64,000 bases of DNA, taken from contig CALAGQ010000039.1 of the NCBI GenBank assembly GCA_937891765.1, forward strand, positions 6,346-70,345, written 5' to 3'. Positions 19,798 through 30,372 of the stretch are shown one piece after another (the first letter of the stretch is position 1; each line of letters begins with the position of its first letter). The stretch comes from an uncultured Nitrospina sp. Lineage in GTDB: Bacteria; Nitrospinota; Nitrospinia; Nitrospinales; VA-1. Below the pieces are notes generated by a model. That model worked only from the letters and a program-made list of their open reading frames with translations. It was not told the DNA's origin and did not search any database. Both the position numbers and the translations under genes were made by a program.

Positions 19798-20961
19798 GTG
19801 AAAAAGCAGCCTATTATCAAGATAAAACCCGGTTTCGCCCTTTTTTGGTATCTGGCCGGTTTATATGGCGCGGTTTTGTTGCTGTCGTCCTGCGACCTGC
19901 CCCAGCCGCCGCCAGATTTGTTCTATAAATTTGATGTCATGTCGGTGGGTCAGGGTCCGGCCCATTTATTAACCGTCGATTTGAATCTCGACGGAGAGCC
20001 GGATATCGTTTCCGCAAACGCCAAAAACAGCAGTCTCACCCTCCTATATGGCAAAGGTGATGGCAGTTTTCATGCGGGTTTAAATATAAACGTCGCCGCA
20101 GAACCGACCATGACAGCGGTGGGAGATATTAATCGGGATGGCATCCCCGACATTGCTGTCAACGCCCGAGGGGAAGAAATGTTTTTGGTTTTTCTCGGCA
20201 AAGGAAATAAAAGCTTCAGAAAGCCCATCACCATCCACACCGGTAAAGTCCCTTTAAATATTATTCTGGGAGACTATAACCAGGACGGCAAGCTGGATGC
20301 CGCCGTCACCCTGACCTTCTCCAAAATGGAATTGTACCTAGGCGCTGGTGACGGCCACTTTAAAAAAGGCGAAACTTATGAAACTGGTTCGCGTTCCTTT
20401 TCCGGAGTGACCGAAGACTTCAATGAAGATGGGCACCTCGACATTGCTCTCGCGGCCAGCAGTTCCAGCGCCAGTTCGGTACGGTTGTTTATCGGGAATG
20501 GTGACGGAACTTTTCAAAAACCAACACGGCTGGCAGAAAAGTTGGTGCCGCTGGCCATCGTTGCCAGCGACATGAACGCGGATGGCAAAACCGACTTGGT
20601 GTTTGCCGCAGGCCAAGGGGACAATATGTATCTGCTCACTTCAAACGGAGACGGCAGTTTTAAAGAACCCATTATCTTCTCCGGTGGTGGCGGCCCTTTT
20701 GCTCTGACGACCGGGCATTTTAATCCGGACAAACTTAAAGATGTCGCTGTTGCAAACTCTCGCTCCAGCAGTTTCTCGATCATCATTCGCAATCCCAACG
20801 GAACCTTCAAATTCCCCACCCGCGATTATGTGATCGAAGGCGGCACACCCTTAGCAATTACCAGCGGCGACTACAACCACAGCGGCATGAGCGACATCGT
20901 CGTCGCCAGCAATGCAAAAAATACGATCGAAATTTATCTGCAAAGACGGGTTTTTAGATGA
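19798..20961 (+). CDS. FG-GAP/VCBS-repeat lipoprotein
   Basis: Lipobox LLLSSC. Repeated Ca-loop-like motifs: DLNLDGEPDIV, DINRDGIPDIAV, DYNQDGKLDAAV, DFNEDGHLDIAL, DMNADGKTDLVF. GTG start. Confidence 0.75.
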   Translation: MKKQPIIKIKPGFALFWYLAGLYGAVLLLSSCDLPQPPPDLFYKFDVMSVGQGPAHLLTVDLNLDGEPDIVSANAKNSSLTLLYGKGDGSFHAGLNINVAAEPTMTAVGDINRDGIPDIAVNARGEEMFLVFLGKGNKSFRKPITIHTGKVPLNIILGDYNQDGKLDAAVTLTFSKMELYLGAGDGHFKKGETYETGSRSFSGVTEDFNEDGHLDIALAASSSSASSVRLFIGNGDGTFQKPTRLAEKLVPLAIVASDMNADGKTDLVFAAGQGDNMYLLTSNGDGSFKEPIIFSGGGGPFALTTGHFNPDKLKDVAVANSRSSSFSIIIRNPNGTFKFPTRDYVIEGGTPLAITSGDYNHSGMSDIVVASNAKNTIEIYLQRRVFR

Positions 20962-21054
20962 CCAAGGTTGGAGGCAAGAGAAACTCATAGTCAGTAGTGA
21001 GTTTGACCTCTTAGTAACTGTCCACTTGCTCCATTACTTCGAGGAGGTATACTG

Positions 21055-21849
21055 CTAAAGCATGAGCACATGAACAGCCAAACGTGCATGGCGAGGCTCT
21101 ATTCTATATGTCTTCATCTGTTTGTCTGACTTACCGTGAGAAGCACTTTTCCTATTTCGTAAATGCATAAGCCCATCTGCAATATCATGCAAACCGGATA
21201 AAATCTTTTTCAAATCTTCATCCTCTATCTCTCTTGAATTCATGCCGATATGATTTGAACATTTTTCCCAGAGGGATGAAAACGTATCTTTCTCATAAAA
21301 GTTCACATTTTTTTGTTCTAGATATGCTTTAAAAGCTGCTTCTAGCACAGCCCCGGCTGCTAAAATTGCAGTTGGAGGATCTTTTTCCATATTATCTAGT
21401 GCCCGCTTTATTTCTATATCAATAGCAGCCAGTCCTCCCTGCTGAACTTGTTCCATCAAAGTCTTTGCCGAAATTCCTTGCCCTGTAGTGATATGACCAC
21501 CACGGCTATATTGCAAACCGTCCTTTGACAAAGCATTTTTTATTCGCTCTCGTGGTTTGCTATAAACCTCCTGAGCTTCTTCTATAGAAATATAAAACCC
21601 TAAACCATCAGGTGGTTCGGCATCCATAAAGTCTCCCAGAATGAGACCCAACACCCTCAAAGGATTTTCGCATTCCTGGTTAACACAACGTAACCAAGAA
21701 GTAACTTTCTTTGGTTTACTTCCCGGAGGAATATTTTCAGGTGCCCCGGCAGATAGAAATAAACTATCGATTCCATCATGTGTGTACTGCTCAGGGTAAA
21801 TTGTTGCGAGCAAACCAATAATAGGACTTGGAATACGCTTATTCTTCAT
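21055..21849 (-). CDS. Abortive-infection-family protein (Abi_C/HEPN-like C-terminal domain)
   Basis: The C-terminus LKKILSGLHDIADGLMHLRNRKSASHGKS...RHARLAVHV matches the Abi_C pattern and carries an Rx4-6H HEPN motif. The gene is visibly more AT-rich than its neighbours. Confidence 0.6.
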   Translation of the reverse strand: MKNKRIPSPIIGLLATIYPEQYTHDGIDSLFLSAGAPENIPPGSKPKKVTSWLRCVNQECENPLRVLGLILGDFMDAEPPDGLGFYISIEEAQEVYSKPRERIKNALSKDGLQYSRGGHITTGQGISAKTLMEQVQQGGLAAIDIEIKRALDNMEKDPPTAILAAGAVLEAAFKAYLEQKNVNFYEKDTFSSLWEKCSNHIGMNSREIEDEDLKKILSGLHDIADGLMHLRNRKSASHGKSDKQMKTYRIEPRHARLAVHVLML

Positions 21850-21924
21850 TTGCTTGGCTCACCAAACTTGAGAGGTTCGATAGAAGAAACTAAATTCACT
21901 ATTGATGATGGTTTATAAAACGCG

Positions 21925-24120
21925 CTATTGCTTCTTGCCACCCTCGCCAGAGGGTTTTTGGATACCAATTTGTTGGAAGATATTGCCCATCACGCCCATG
22001 AAGTTGGCTTGCTCCTGTTCCATGATCTGAGCGTTCTTTTTGCCTTCATCAAAAATGTTCAGGCGAATCTCCTGCGGTCGTTCCAAAAGTCTGTTCAACG
22101 CCGTGCCGGTTTGCACCGGAGCGTGGCAAGTGGTGTTCTGACAAAGATAAACGGTGGGCTCACCTTTTTCTGCGGACTTGCCTTGTGTTAGTGGTAACAG
22201 GTCTCCTGTGCTTTCGTTCTCTTTCCACATGACAACTTTGTTGGGACGGTAATCGGCGTGCAGGACTTTTAACATTTCACCGAAGGACACATGATCGCGC
22301 GGTCCGGCAAAGACAACTTCTGTCGGCGCAATGTCTAACGCGCTCATTGCTGACAACAATCCGGTAAATCCTGCAGGACTCCGCTCAATCATGGCGCGAA
22401 AGGCGTTCAAAGTTTCTTCTGCTTTTTGAATATAGGATTCCTCGCCAGTGAGCCGCCCCAGTTTCAACAGAACCTGCGCCGCCACGGCATTAGCAGAAGG
22501 CAGTGCCTCGTCGGCAGGGTTTTTCAATGGCGCTATCAGGGATTCCCCCGACCGACCCGCGAGAAAGAACCCGCCCTCCCCTTCATCCCAGAACTCGGTA
22601 ATCATGGCATCGGCCAGTTCCTTTGCCCGCACGATCCACCGGCTATCGAGTCCGTTTTCATAAATTGCAACCAGTCCTTCAAGAAAATAAGCGTAGTCAT
22701 CGAGACAACCGTTGATCTTGCTTTGTCCGTCTTTATAGACGCGCAACAATTTTTCTGACTGCCATTGCTTCGACCAGATGAAGTCTGCACAACGAGTGGC
22801 AGACTCCAGATAACGAGCGTCGACCAGCACCGAAGAGCCGTGCGCAAGAGCCGTGATCATGAGTCCGTTCCAGGCTGTGATTATTTTTTCATCGCGGGCT
22901 GGTCTTGGCCTTTTTTCCCGCGCCTGAAAAAGAGTTTCTTTTGCCTTTTTCAAAATATGATCTGCTTCAAAAATAGGAATGCCTTCGGCTTCGGCCAATC
23001 GTTCAACCCGCTCGCTAATATGCAGAACATTGCGTCCATCAAGATGACCGCGGGGAACCAGCCCAAAAGCACGAGCAAAGACCTTGGCGTGTTTGGGTCC
23101 GAGTAAATTCAGAACCTCCTTCAATTCCCAGGTGTACCAAGTACCCTCCTTACCTTCCGAGTCTGCATCCTGACTGGCGTAAAACGCGCCTTCATCCGAT
23201 AACATTTCACGAAAGAGCCAGGCGAAGGTTTCTTCTACGGTATCTTTATAAATGTCCTGCTTGGTGGCCTGGAACATATCGAGAAAAAGTTTTGCCAACA
23301 GCCCGTTGTCGTAAAGCATTTTCTCAAAATGTGGGACCAACCATTTCCGGTCGGTCGAATAACGGTGAAAGCCGCCGCCCAACTGGTCAAACAATCCACC
23401 TTCTGCCATGCTCGTCAAACTCTTGTCAAGAATTGTCAGGGACTCCCCCGTCTGCGCCCAATGCCGTAACAAAAGAGTGTAGTGCATGGGTTCAGGAAAT
23501 TTCATGCCCGAGCCGAACCCACCAAAGTCTTCATCAAATCTGCCTGAAAAAATTTCCACAGCACCTCGGATCAACTCATCATTGGGAACTCCCCGCGCCT
23601 TACCGGCCCGGTTCTGCAGAGAAATCTTTTGCAGAATATTTTGTGACCGAGTGTCCAACTGATCTTTGTCGCCGGTGAACAAGTCGTGCGCTTGTTGCAG
23701 GACCTCGGCAAACCCGGGGCGGTTATATTTCGCAAAGGGCGGATAATAGGTTCCGCCTAAATAAGGTTTCTGATCGGAAGTAAGAAACATGCTGAGCGGC
23801 CACCCACCATGACCGGTCAACTCCACCAGGGCTTTCATGTATAGAGCATCCACATCCGGTCGCTCTTCCCGATCCACCTTGATGTTGATAAACTTCTCAT
23901 TCATGATTTTCGCGATATCTTCATTTTCGAAAGATTCATGGGCCATGACATGGCACCAGTGGCAGGCGGAGTAACCAATGCTGAGGAAAATGGGTTTATT
24001 TTCTGCCTTGGCTTTGTCCAGGGCTTCCGGCCCCCAAGGGTACCACTCGACCGGATTACTGGCGTGCTGTAACAGATAGGGACTGGTTTCGTGTTTCAAA
24101 CGATTTAATAGATCGACCAC
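21925..24120 (-). CDS. Thioredoxin-domain protein, DUF255/YyaL family
   Basis: N-terminal [23 protein letters not shown] followed by a large alpha/alpha-toroid-like body. 731 aa. Confidence 0.85.
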   Translation of the reverse strand: MVDLLNRLKHETSPYLLQHASNPVEWYPWGPEALDKAKAENKPIFLSIGYSACHWCHVMAHESFENEDIAKIMNEKFINIKVDREERPDVDALYMKALVELTGHGGWPLSMFLTSDQKPYLGGTYYPPFAKYNRPGFAEVLQQAHDLFTGDKDQLDTRSQNILQKISLQNRAGKARGVPNDELIRGAVEIFSGRFDEDFGGFGSGMKFPEPMHYTLLLRHWAQTGESLTILDKSLTSMAEGGLFDQLGGGFHRYSTDRKWLVPHFEKMLYDNGLLAKLFLDMFQATKQDIYKDTVEETFAWLFREMLSDEGAFYASQDADSEGKEGTWYTWELKEVLNLLGPKHAKVFARAFGLVPRGHLDGRNVLHISERVERLAEAEGIPIFEADHILKKAKETLFQAREKRPRPARDEKIITAWNGLMITALAHGSSVLVDARYLESATRCADFIWSKQWQSEKLLRVYKDGQSKINGCLDDYAYFLEGLVAIYENGLDSRWIVRAKELADAMITEFWDEGEGGFFLAGRSGESLIAPLKNPADEALPSANAVAAQVLLKLGRLTGEESYIQKAEETLNAFRAMIERSPAGFTGLLSAMSALDIAPTEVVFAGPRDHVSFGEMLKVLHADYRPNKVVMWKENESTGDLLPLTQGKSAEKGEPTVYLCQNTTCHAPVQTGTALNRLLERPQEIRLNIFDEGKKNAQIMEQEQANFMGVMGNIFQQIGIQKPSGEGGKKQ

Positions 24121-24230
24121 AATAAAAACACCTCTTTACGGAATGGGAGTGGACTTAAGGATACAAGAAAAGCAGGCAGGAAGAAACGAGAAAACAGGGA
24201 AACAAATGGGCGGGGGGAACTACGAATTGT

Positions 24231-25148
24231 CTATTTTTTTACCAGTCCATGTCGGTACTGATGATAGAAATCGCGAACACTTTCATATTCATCAAGTGCA
24301 CTGTCTTCTAACTGTTTTTTGTCATCAACGATGAATGAAGCATCATTGATATTTTCCTCAACAGAAATACCAACACTAGCGGCACCCGGAGCAAAGTAAA
24401 AGGTGGGACTCATGAAAGAATCCGCCGCTCTTCCCACAATGTTTCGGGCCGTAGAAGGTCCAAAAAGCGGCAGCACCACATAGGGCCCTGTTGGAATACC
24501 GAAGGAACCCAGAGCCTGATCAAAGTCTTCGTTAACGTCTTCGATGTGATATTCTTCACCGGCCACATCGGCCAGCCCACCTATCCCGAATGTTGTGTTG
24601 ATCAAGGTTCGCGCCAGAACTCGACCGGACTTCTCAAAATCCAACTGGAGCAAACTGCTGACAAGCTTGACAGGCGCCATGGCATTGGAAAACACATTTT
24701 TTATACCAATACGAAGGTTTTCATGCACTGTGTCTCTATATCCCCTGGCCACCGGCTCCAGCACATTGTCATAAATGGTTTCATTCACGCCAAACATCCA
24801 GCGGTTATAGCCTTCAAGAGGGTCTGTCAAAATGGGGATATCCTTAGCATTTCCTGCAAAAGGATCTTCCAGGTCTTCGTAGGTCTGTGAATCCTGAGAA
24901 GACCTTAAGGTTCCCTGGGCTGTCTCGATAGATGAAGAGTCTCCCCCCTTATACCGGGGCATACTCTTTTCAAGTTTTATGGTTACTTCAGAGGTTTGCG
25001 CGAAAACATTGTCACCCACATCGGCAACAAAATTCGGCACCTGGGAATTTAAATCCTCGGCCCATGAAAAAGAGGAAAACAAAAACAACAAAAAGAACCC
25101 AGTGAGCAAAAAGCCCCTGCCTGATTTTATAAATTCATTGATCCACAT
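24231..25148 (-). CDS. mlaA: MlaA/VacJ-family outer-membrane lipoprotein
   Basis: DPLEGYNRWMFGVNETIYDNVLEPVARGYRD..NVFSN..LLQ..INTTFGIGGLADVA. Confidence 0.85.
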   Translation of the reverse strand: MWINEFIKSGRGFLLTGFFLLFLFSSFSWAEDLNSQVPNFVADVGDNVFAQTSEVTIKLEKSMPRYKGGDSSSIETAQGTLRSSQDSQTYEDLEDPFAGNAKDIPILTDPLEGYNRWMFGVNETIYDNVLEPVARGYRDTVHENLRIGIKNVFSNAMAPVKLVSSLLQLDFEKSGRVLARTLINTTFGIGGLADVAGEEYHIEDVNEDFDQALGSFGIPTGPYVVLPLFGPSTARNIVGRAADSFMSPTFYFAPGAASVGISVEENINDASFIVDDKKQLEDSALDEYESVRDFYHQYRHGLVKK

Positions 25149-25368
25149 ATCTTACAGAAACCCGAGTTTGTTAGAGCGTCCTTTTATAAGATAAAAACTC
25201 TCGAATACGCACTTGCTATTATAACAAATAACTCTTAATAAAACACTAGTCCTTTAAAAATTGACCTGCATTATCGGCGCTGGGAATTTTGACGCTCATC
25301 CCCCGTTCAAGACAGAAATGCATTTACTGTGCCAACTATCAAGTAGTCACTCTAAAGCGCAAAACATT

Positions 25369-26103
25369 TCAAGGTTTTTTGGTGGGTTCTGGGAAAATCT
25401 TGGATAATCGGTCTACAGAGCTCTTTTGCAGGGAAACATTATTGGCACGGGCTTTATGAACCATTTCCCAGGCACGCTCATATTTCGTTTGTTTATATAG
25501 AACGTCAATCATGATTGCATAAGCCTGACTATTAAACCGATTCAACACCAGGCTCTCTTCCAGTTTGGCGACAGCTTCCTCCAACTTTTCCAAGGCACTC
25601 AGGGAAGCCCCCCAGTAGGCGTAAGCGTTGCTGTGTTCGGGATTGATCTCCAGCACTATCCGGTAGTGACCAATGGCATCTTCAAACTTTTTATCCATTG
25701 CCAGGGTCAATCCCCAGTACAAATGTGCTTTCTCGTCGGTGGGATCTTTTTTTGCGGCGAGGACAAAATGTTCGATGGCTTCCGCCCTCTTATCTATCTT
25801 AACCAGAGAAATCCCCCACCAGGTTTGGATTTGAGCATGGTCTGGATTTCTTTCGCCAGCTTTTCGAGCTACATCCACAGCTTCCTGATATTTACCCAGC
25901 GCGTTCAGCTCACGAACTAATTTGATCGGATCAATTTGAACCGTTTTTGCTTCTATTTTCTTTTGTTCTTCAACCGCTGCCTGGGATGCTGTTTCTGCAT
26001 TCTCGCGGGCTTCCTCCATCTTGCCTTTGGCGGCAAGCGCGATAAAACCTACAACAATGACGACAATACAAAAGTACCACAGAGCTTTAATTTTTCCGGG
26101 CAT
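25369..26103 (-). CDS. Membrane-anchored TPR-repeat protein
   Basis: N-terminal TM (ALWYFCIVVIVVGFIALAA) followed by TPR-like repeats. Confidence 0.7.
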   Translation of the reverse strand: MPGKIKALWYFCIVVIVVGFIALAAKGKMEEARENAETASQAAVEEQKKIEAKTVQIDPIKLVRELNALGKYQEAVDVARKAGERNPDHAQIQTWWGISLVKIDKRAEAIEHFVLAAKKDPTDEKAHLYWGLTLAMDKKFEDAIGHYRIVLEINPEHSNAYAYWGASLSALEKLEEAVAKLEESLVLNRFNSQAYAIMIDVLYKQTKYERAWEMVHKARANNVSLQKSSVDRLSKIFPEPTKKP

Positions 26104-26185
26104 TGGATTTTCAATTCTGGTTACTGGGAAATTTTTCCGGCAGGGTCATCGACCAAGAGGAAAATCGAGTATACCAGTTTTCCGT

Positions 26186-29100
26186 TTAAAGTTTATTTAA
26201 TATTTTTTCCGCGCCCGGCTGAAGGTTCTCATAACCCGGCCGCAATGGAGCCAACTGCAAAAATGTCTGTAAATGCTGTCTGGCCAACCCTGGATTCCAG
26301 CCTTGATACTGGACTCCCAGATAATAATGAGCCGGTGGAAAAGTTGGATCCCATTCTAATGATTTCTTAAACTCCTGAATGGCTTTTTCGGGTTCCTTTT
26401 TAAAAGCATACGCCAGCCCAAGGTACAGGCTCACTTCCTGATCTCCTCCATACCACTTTAATGTATCACGCAAAACCTCGATAGCTTTGTCAGGTTGCCC
26501 GGAAAACACATAGAGCCGAGCCAGACCGGTCGAGCCAAACACATAAAACGGGTTGATCGCAAGAGTTTTTCGATAGGCGGACTCGGCCTGATCCACCAAC
26601 TTGAGTTCAAGAAAAATATTCGCCATATTGTAATAAGTCATCACATGTTCGGGATCAAGCTCCAGGATCTTCTCGTAGCTTTTAAGAGCCCCATTGATGT
26701 CGCCGACATTAAACTCATCCAGAGCCTGGTCCAAAAGCCTCTCCAGCCCGGCCTTCTTCTTAATATCTTCAATCTGGCTTTCAGACCTTTGCAACTTTTC
26801 AAGTTTTTCCACCACATTTTTCTGAACATCTGGATCGGTTTGTGAAAACTTGACGAACTCCGGCTCCAGTTTGATAAAGGGAGTCAATTGCCTGACCAAA
26901 ACCGCCCGCTCATCTTTATAAACATATTCTGGCGCGTTGAACTCGAGCAGGGAATTGTCATCCGTGTGTAAGGGTGCCAAGGCACTAAACTCCTGCAATT
27001 TTTCCCGCGACATAATCATCAGGCTCAATAGATCCGGGACATTGTTGATACCGATCCGGCGCAAATCGCGCCCCACAACCTTGTTCGATAAATATTGCTG
27101 GGCTTTTTCATAAGACAAGCCGTATTCCTTTTCAGACCCGATCAACAGATAATCGTCGCCCGCTATCGATTCCCACATGCTCACAAATGGGAATTCCAGG
27201 CTGAAGGACCGGACTATCGATTTAAAACTCTCCGGCGACATGTTGGTATGAACCCAGATGCAGGCCACCCCGCCCGGATTCAACCGCTTCTTCAGCAATT
27301 CGAAAAAGTTCACGGTGAATAAAGCCCCAACCCCCGAAATCCAGGGGTTGGAAGGTTCCGAGACGATCACATCGTAGGTGGCGTCAGACAGGGCTATATG
27401 ATTGCGACCATCTTCGAGCCTCTGGGTCACTCTCTTGTCATCCAGAGCATGGTGATTGAAGGGATCAAAAAACCGCGAACCCTCAATGACCGAAGGGGAA
27501 ATCTCGACCAACTTGATCTCTTTAACCGGAAACTGTGTCACTGCACCCAGGGTGATCCCACTGCCCTGACCGATCACCAGAGCCGATTTTGGGTCAGGAT
27601 GAAACAGCATGGGAAGATAGCCGGAAAGCAATTGTGTTCTCATATCAAGAGCCAGAGAGGCATCGGTCTTTCCATTCACACGCAGGAAAATATTCCCCGA
27701 CACGGAAAGTTCAGTGGTCACCGTGGTGTGCATCCCCTCCTTAAAGAAGAGGATTTTGTTTTTCTTCAACTCCGCTTCTTTAAGATCCGCAATACGGTAA
27801 GGCATGAAGGAGCCGCTGGAAATGACAGACTTGTCCCAGGGGCCAATCGATTGTGCCGCCAATATAGAGAACATCAAAATCGCCGGCAGAACATAGATCT
27901 TCACGTTCAAGCTAAACCGGGCACCAAAGGCAAGGATCGCTATTCCCAGCAGAACATTCAGAAACACCGCGCTTATGAGTGTGGTCTGCAATCCCAATCC
28001 CGGTATCAAAATGAACCCGGCCACAAAGGACCCCACAATAGCGCCAATGGTGTTGCAGGCATAGGCCCGACCCACATGGCGACCCAGTGTTTCCAACTTG
28101 CGCGCCATCAGCTTAATGACCAGAGGAAACTGGGCTCCCATAAAAAAGGTCGGGACAAAAATTAAGGCAAAAATGATGGCGAAATTCGCCAGTTGGACCG
28201 ACTCAAATTGTAGCCCCCAGTTCTCATAAATCCAACGATTAGCGAAAGGGACATAGCCGAACAAAGGAATAATTGACAGAGAAAATAACCCAATTATTAC
28301 TTGAGTTATGCCGTATATCCTCATGATACTACTAAACCTGTGAAGAAGTCGGGAGAAGCTCGCCGTCCCCAAAGCCAGCCCCAATATGAAGACGCTCAGA
28401 ATCAGGCTGAAGGCATAAACGGAGGAGCCCAGCAAAAGCGATAAAATACGGTTCCAGGCGACCTGATAAACCAAGGCCACCATGCCCGAAAGTCCGAAAC
28501 TCAAGAGGATCAACTTTTCTCTTTTATCCAAAGGCGGGAGGGAGTAGCGCTGTGGTTCATCGTGGCCTTTTTCTTTGAGCGGAGGCCGAAAGACCAAGAA
28601 AATGACAGCAGAAATAACGAGGTTCAACAGGGCCGCCATCCAAATGGTGGATTGAACCCCCCAAAGCCGCATGAAAATAAACGCCGATGCCCAAGCGCCA
28701 AAAACCGCGCCAAGGGTATTTATGGAATACAAGGTGCCCACATCTTTTCCGATATGAGCCTCATCTTTTGAAACAAATTTGCTGAGCACTGGCAGGGTCG
28801 CGCCCATGAACGTGGCGGGAACGATTAAAATGGCGACACAAACCAGAAACCGGGCCAGACTGGCCTGGGTATAAGAATCCCCTAAATTGAGATAGATCCA
28901 CTTGAAGATTGGGAAAGCAACATCAATCAGACTGGGAATGAGCAGGCAATACAAACCGATTCCCGCTTCCAGAAAGGCATAGGCGGTTAAGGGATTGAAC
29001 CTCCTGTCAATCATTTTACCCCCGGCATAGCTGCCGAGAGCCAGTCCTCCCATGAATGCGGTCAGGACGGTGGTAATGGAATAGTGGGTGTTGCCCATCA

Positions 29101-29203
29101 CCAGTGTGAGCAAACGCGTCCACACCACTTCGTAGATCAGGCCGGTCGCACCGGAAACGAAGAAAAACAGGAAGATCCAGATACGGGGCGGAGTTTTCAG
29201 CAA
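26186..29203 (-). CDS. Fused polytopic membrane / spermidine-synthase-like / TPR protein
   Basis: 1005 aa. The N-terminal half has many TM segments, followed by an aminopropyltransferase-like Rossmann core (ALVIGQGSGITLGAV, YDVIVSEPSNPW) and C-terminal TPR repeats. Confidence 0.8.
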   Translation of the reverse strand: MLKTPPRIWIFLFFFVSGATGLIYEVVWTRLLTLVMGNTHYSITTVLTAFMGGLALGSYAGGKMIDRRFNPLTAYAFLEAGIGLYCLLIPSLIDVAFPIFKWIYLNLGDSYTQASLARFLVCVAILIVPATFMGATLPVLSKFVSKDEAHIGKDVGTLYSINTLGAVFGAWASAFIFMRLWGVQSTIWMAALLNLVISAVIFLVFRPPLKEKGHDEPQRYSLPPLDKREKLILLSFGLSGMVALVYQVAWNRILSLLLGSSVYAFSLILSVFILGLALGTASFSRLLHRFSSIMRIYGITQVIIGLFSLSIIPLFGYVPFANRWIYENWGLQFESVQLANFAIIFALIFVPTFFMGAQFPLVIKLMARKLETLGRHVGRAYACNTIGAIVGSFVAGFILIPGLGLQTTLISAVFLNVLLGIAILAFGARFSLNVKIYVLPAILMFSILAAQSIGPWDKSVISSGSFMPYRIADLKEAELKKNKILFFKEGMHTTVTTELSVSGNIFLRVNGKTDASLALDMRTQLLSGYLPMLFHPDPKSALVIGQGSGITLGAVTQFPVKEIKLVEISPSVIEGSRFFDPFNHHALDDKRVTQRLEDGRNHIALSDATYDVIVSEPSNPWISGVGALFTVNFFELLKKRLNPGGVACIWVHTNMSPESFKSIVRSFSLEFPFVSMWESIAGDDYLLIGSEKEYGLSYEKAQQYLSNKVVGRDLRRIGINNVPDLLSLMIMSREKLQEFSALAPLHTDDNSLLEFNAPEYVYKDERAVLVRQLTPFIKLEPEFVKFSQTDPDVQKNVVEKLEKLQRSESQIEDIKKKAGLERLLDQALDEFNVGDINGALKSYEKILELDPEHVMTYYNMANIFLELKLVDQAESAYRKTLAINPFYVFGSTGLARLYVFSGQPDKAIEVLRDTLKWYGGDQEVSLYLGLAYAFKKEPEKAIQEFKKSLEWDPTFPPAHYYLGVQYQGWNPGLARQHLQTFLQLAPLRPGYENLQPGAEKILNKL

Positions 29204-29245
29204 GATATCTCCACTAGAAACGAATCAAAAAAAGGTCGCGGTTTC

Positions 29246-30139
29246 TTACTTGGGGTTTTTCGAGCGGCCGCAGCGAAAGCCCAGAATTCCATCCTTTCTT
29301 CCGGGTGATGCGGCGAAACGTTTGGCGGTGCGGATATCCACACTTCGGGCATCCCAGGAACCACCACGGAATACACGGTTTTCTTTGTTCTCAGGACCAG
29401 GGGGATTCATCATCGGCGCGTTTTTATAATAGAACTGGTCGTAGAAATCATCGACCCACTCCGAAACGTTGCCCGCCATATCATGAACTCCATAAACGCT
29501 ACGCCCCATCGGATAACTCCCCACCGGCCCCATGTAGGCATACCCATCACCTGTGCCCGCGAAGTTAGCACGATCGGGGAGAACCTTGTTGCCCCAGGGA
29601 AACTCCAGCCCGTGCGTGCCTCGCGCCGCTTTCTCCCACTCCGCTTCCTTCAAAAGCCTCTTACCGGCCCAGGTGCAATAGTTGACCGCATCGTTCCAGG
29701 AAACTCCAACAACAGCATGACTGGGAACCTTCATCACTGCACCGTCTCCTTGAAAAAATGGGACCGAAGGTTCCACATAATTAGCCGCCTTGCGAAATTT
29801 GTTATACGCCTCCACGCTCACCTCAAACTTATCCACGTAAAAAGCATCGAGGTAAATTTCTTGCATGGGTTTTTCGTCAAAACCTCCGGAGTCGGACCCG
29901 CGGGAGAAAATACCTTCAGGCACCAAAATCATTTCTCGTCCGTCATCCCCGACCAGAGTTTCGTAGACACTAAAATCCCGGTTATCTGCCACGTCCACAT
30001 CGTTGGCTTTTTTAGCTATTTGTTGTATTCTCTCATCGTGGTCAATGGATTTTTTTATCTCCCAAACGATGACCATCAAAAAGAGAACGGTGATCGCGAA
30101 GCAGGCTATAATCGCAATCATTAGATTCTTGTCACGCAT
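29246..30139 (-). CDS. Membrane-anchored formylglycine-generating-enzyme (SUMF1/FGE) family protein
   Basis: TM anchor followed by GVSWNDAVNYCTWAGKRLLKEAEWEKAARG, MAGNVSEWVDD and RVFRGGSW. Confidence 0.85.
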   Translation of the reverse strand: MRDKNLMIAIIACFAITVLFLMVIVWEIKKSIDHDERIQQIAKKANDVDVADNRDFSVYETLVGDDGREMILVPEGIFSRGSDSGGFDEKPMQEIYLDAFYVDKFEVSVEAYNKFRKAANYVEPSVPFFQGDGAVMKVPSHAVVGVSWNDAVNYCTWAGKRLLKEAEWEKAARGTHGLEFPWGNKVLPDRANFAGTGDGYAYMGPVGSYPMGRSVYGVHDMAGNVSEWVDDFYDQFYYKNAPMMNPPGPENKENRVFRGGSWDARSVDIRTAKRFAASPGRKDGILGFRCGRSKNPK

Positions 30140-30224
30140 ATTTTTTTGATCCCGGGAATATAAAGCGATAAATTTTTCAAAGAGATGATTATAATTTAAA
30201 CAGTGATTAAAGCAACGTTATTTT

Positions 30225-30330
30225 CCCCACCCTCTAGCGAGGTAGGCAAATAGCAATAGCTCGTTAAGCCGAGACAGTTCCTTGCTGACCAGAAAGAGCG
30301 ATTGCAAGTTACCGGCGGAGTTACTCCGCC
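30225..30330 (+). repeat. Copy of ~100-nt structured intergenic repeat family
   Basis: 5' hairpin cctc/gagg, ggcaaatagcaa (12 nt identical to the 41799 copy), core gctcgttaagccgag, cttgct, attgcaagttaccgg, and 3' hairpin ggcggag-tta-ctccgcc. Confidence 0.7.
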
Positions 30331-30372
30331 CCCATACCCGGAAGCCTTCTTAACCATAAGGCCCTTACAGCC

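Noticed and set aside
27398-28165. Long antisense ORFs inside confident genes. This one is 255 aa. Others are 29483-30124, 35571-36146, 42263-42940, 43868-44458, 46129-46701, 56818-57375, 16378-16902, 38221-38745 and 63465-63980.
   Set aside because: Each lies entirely within a well-supported gene on the other strand. They have Arg/Gly/His-rich, low-information composition typical of antisense frames, with no SD and no recognisable motif.
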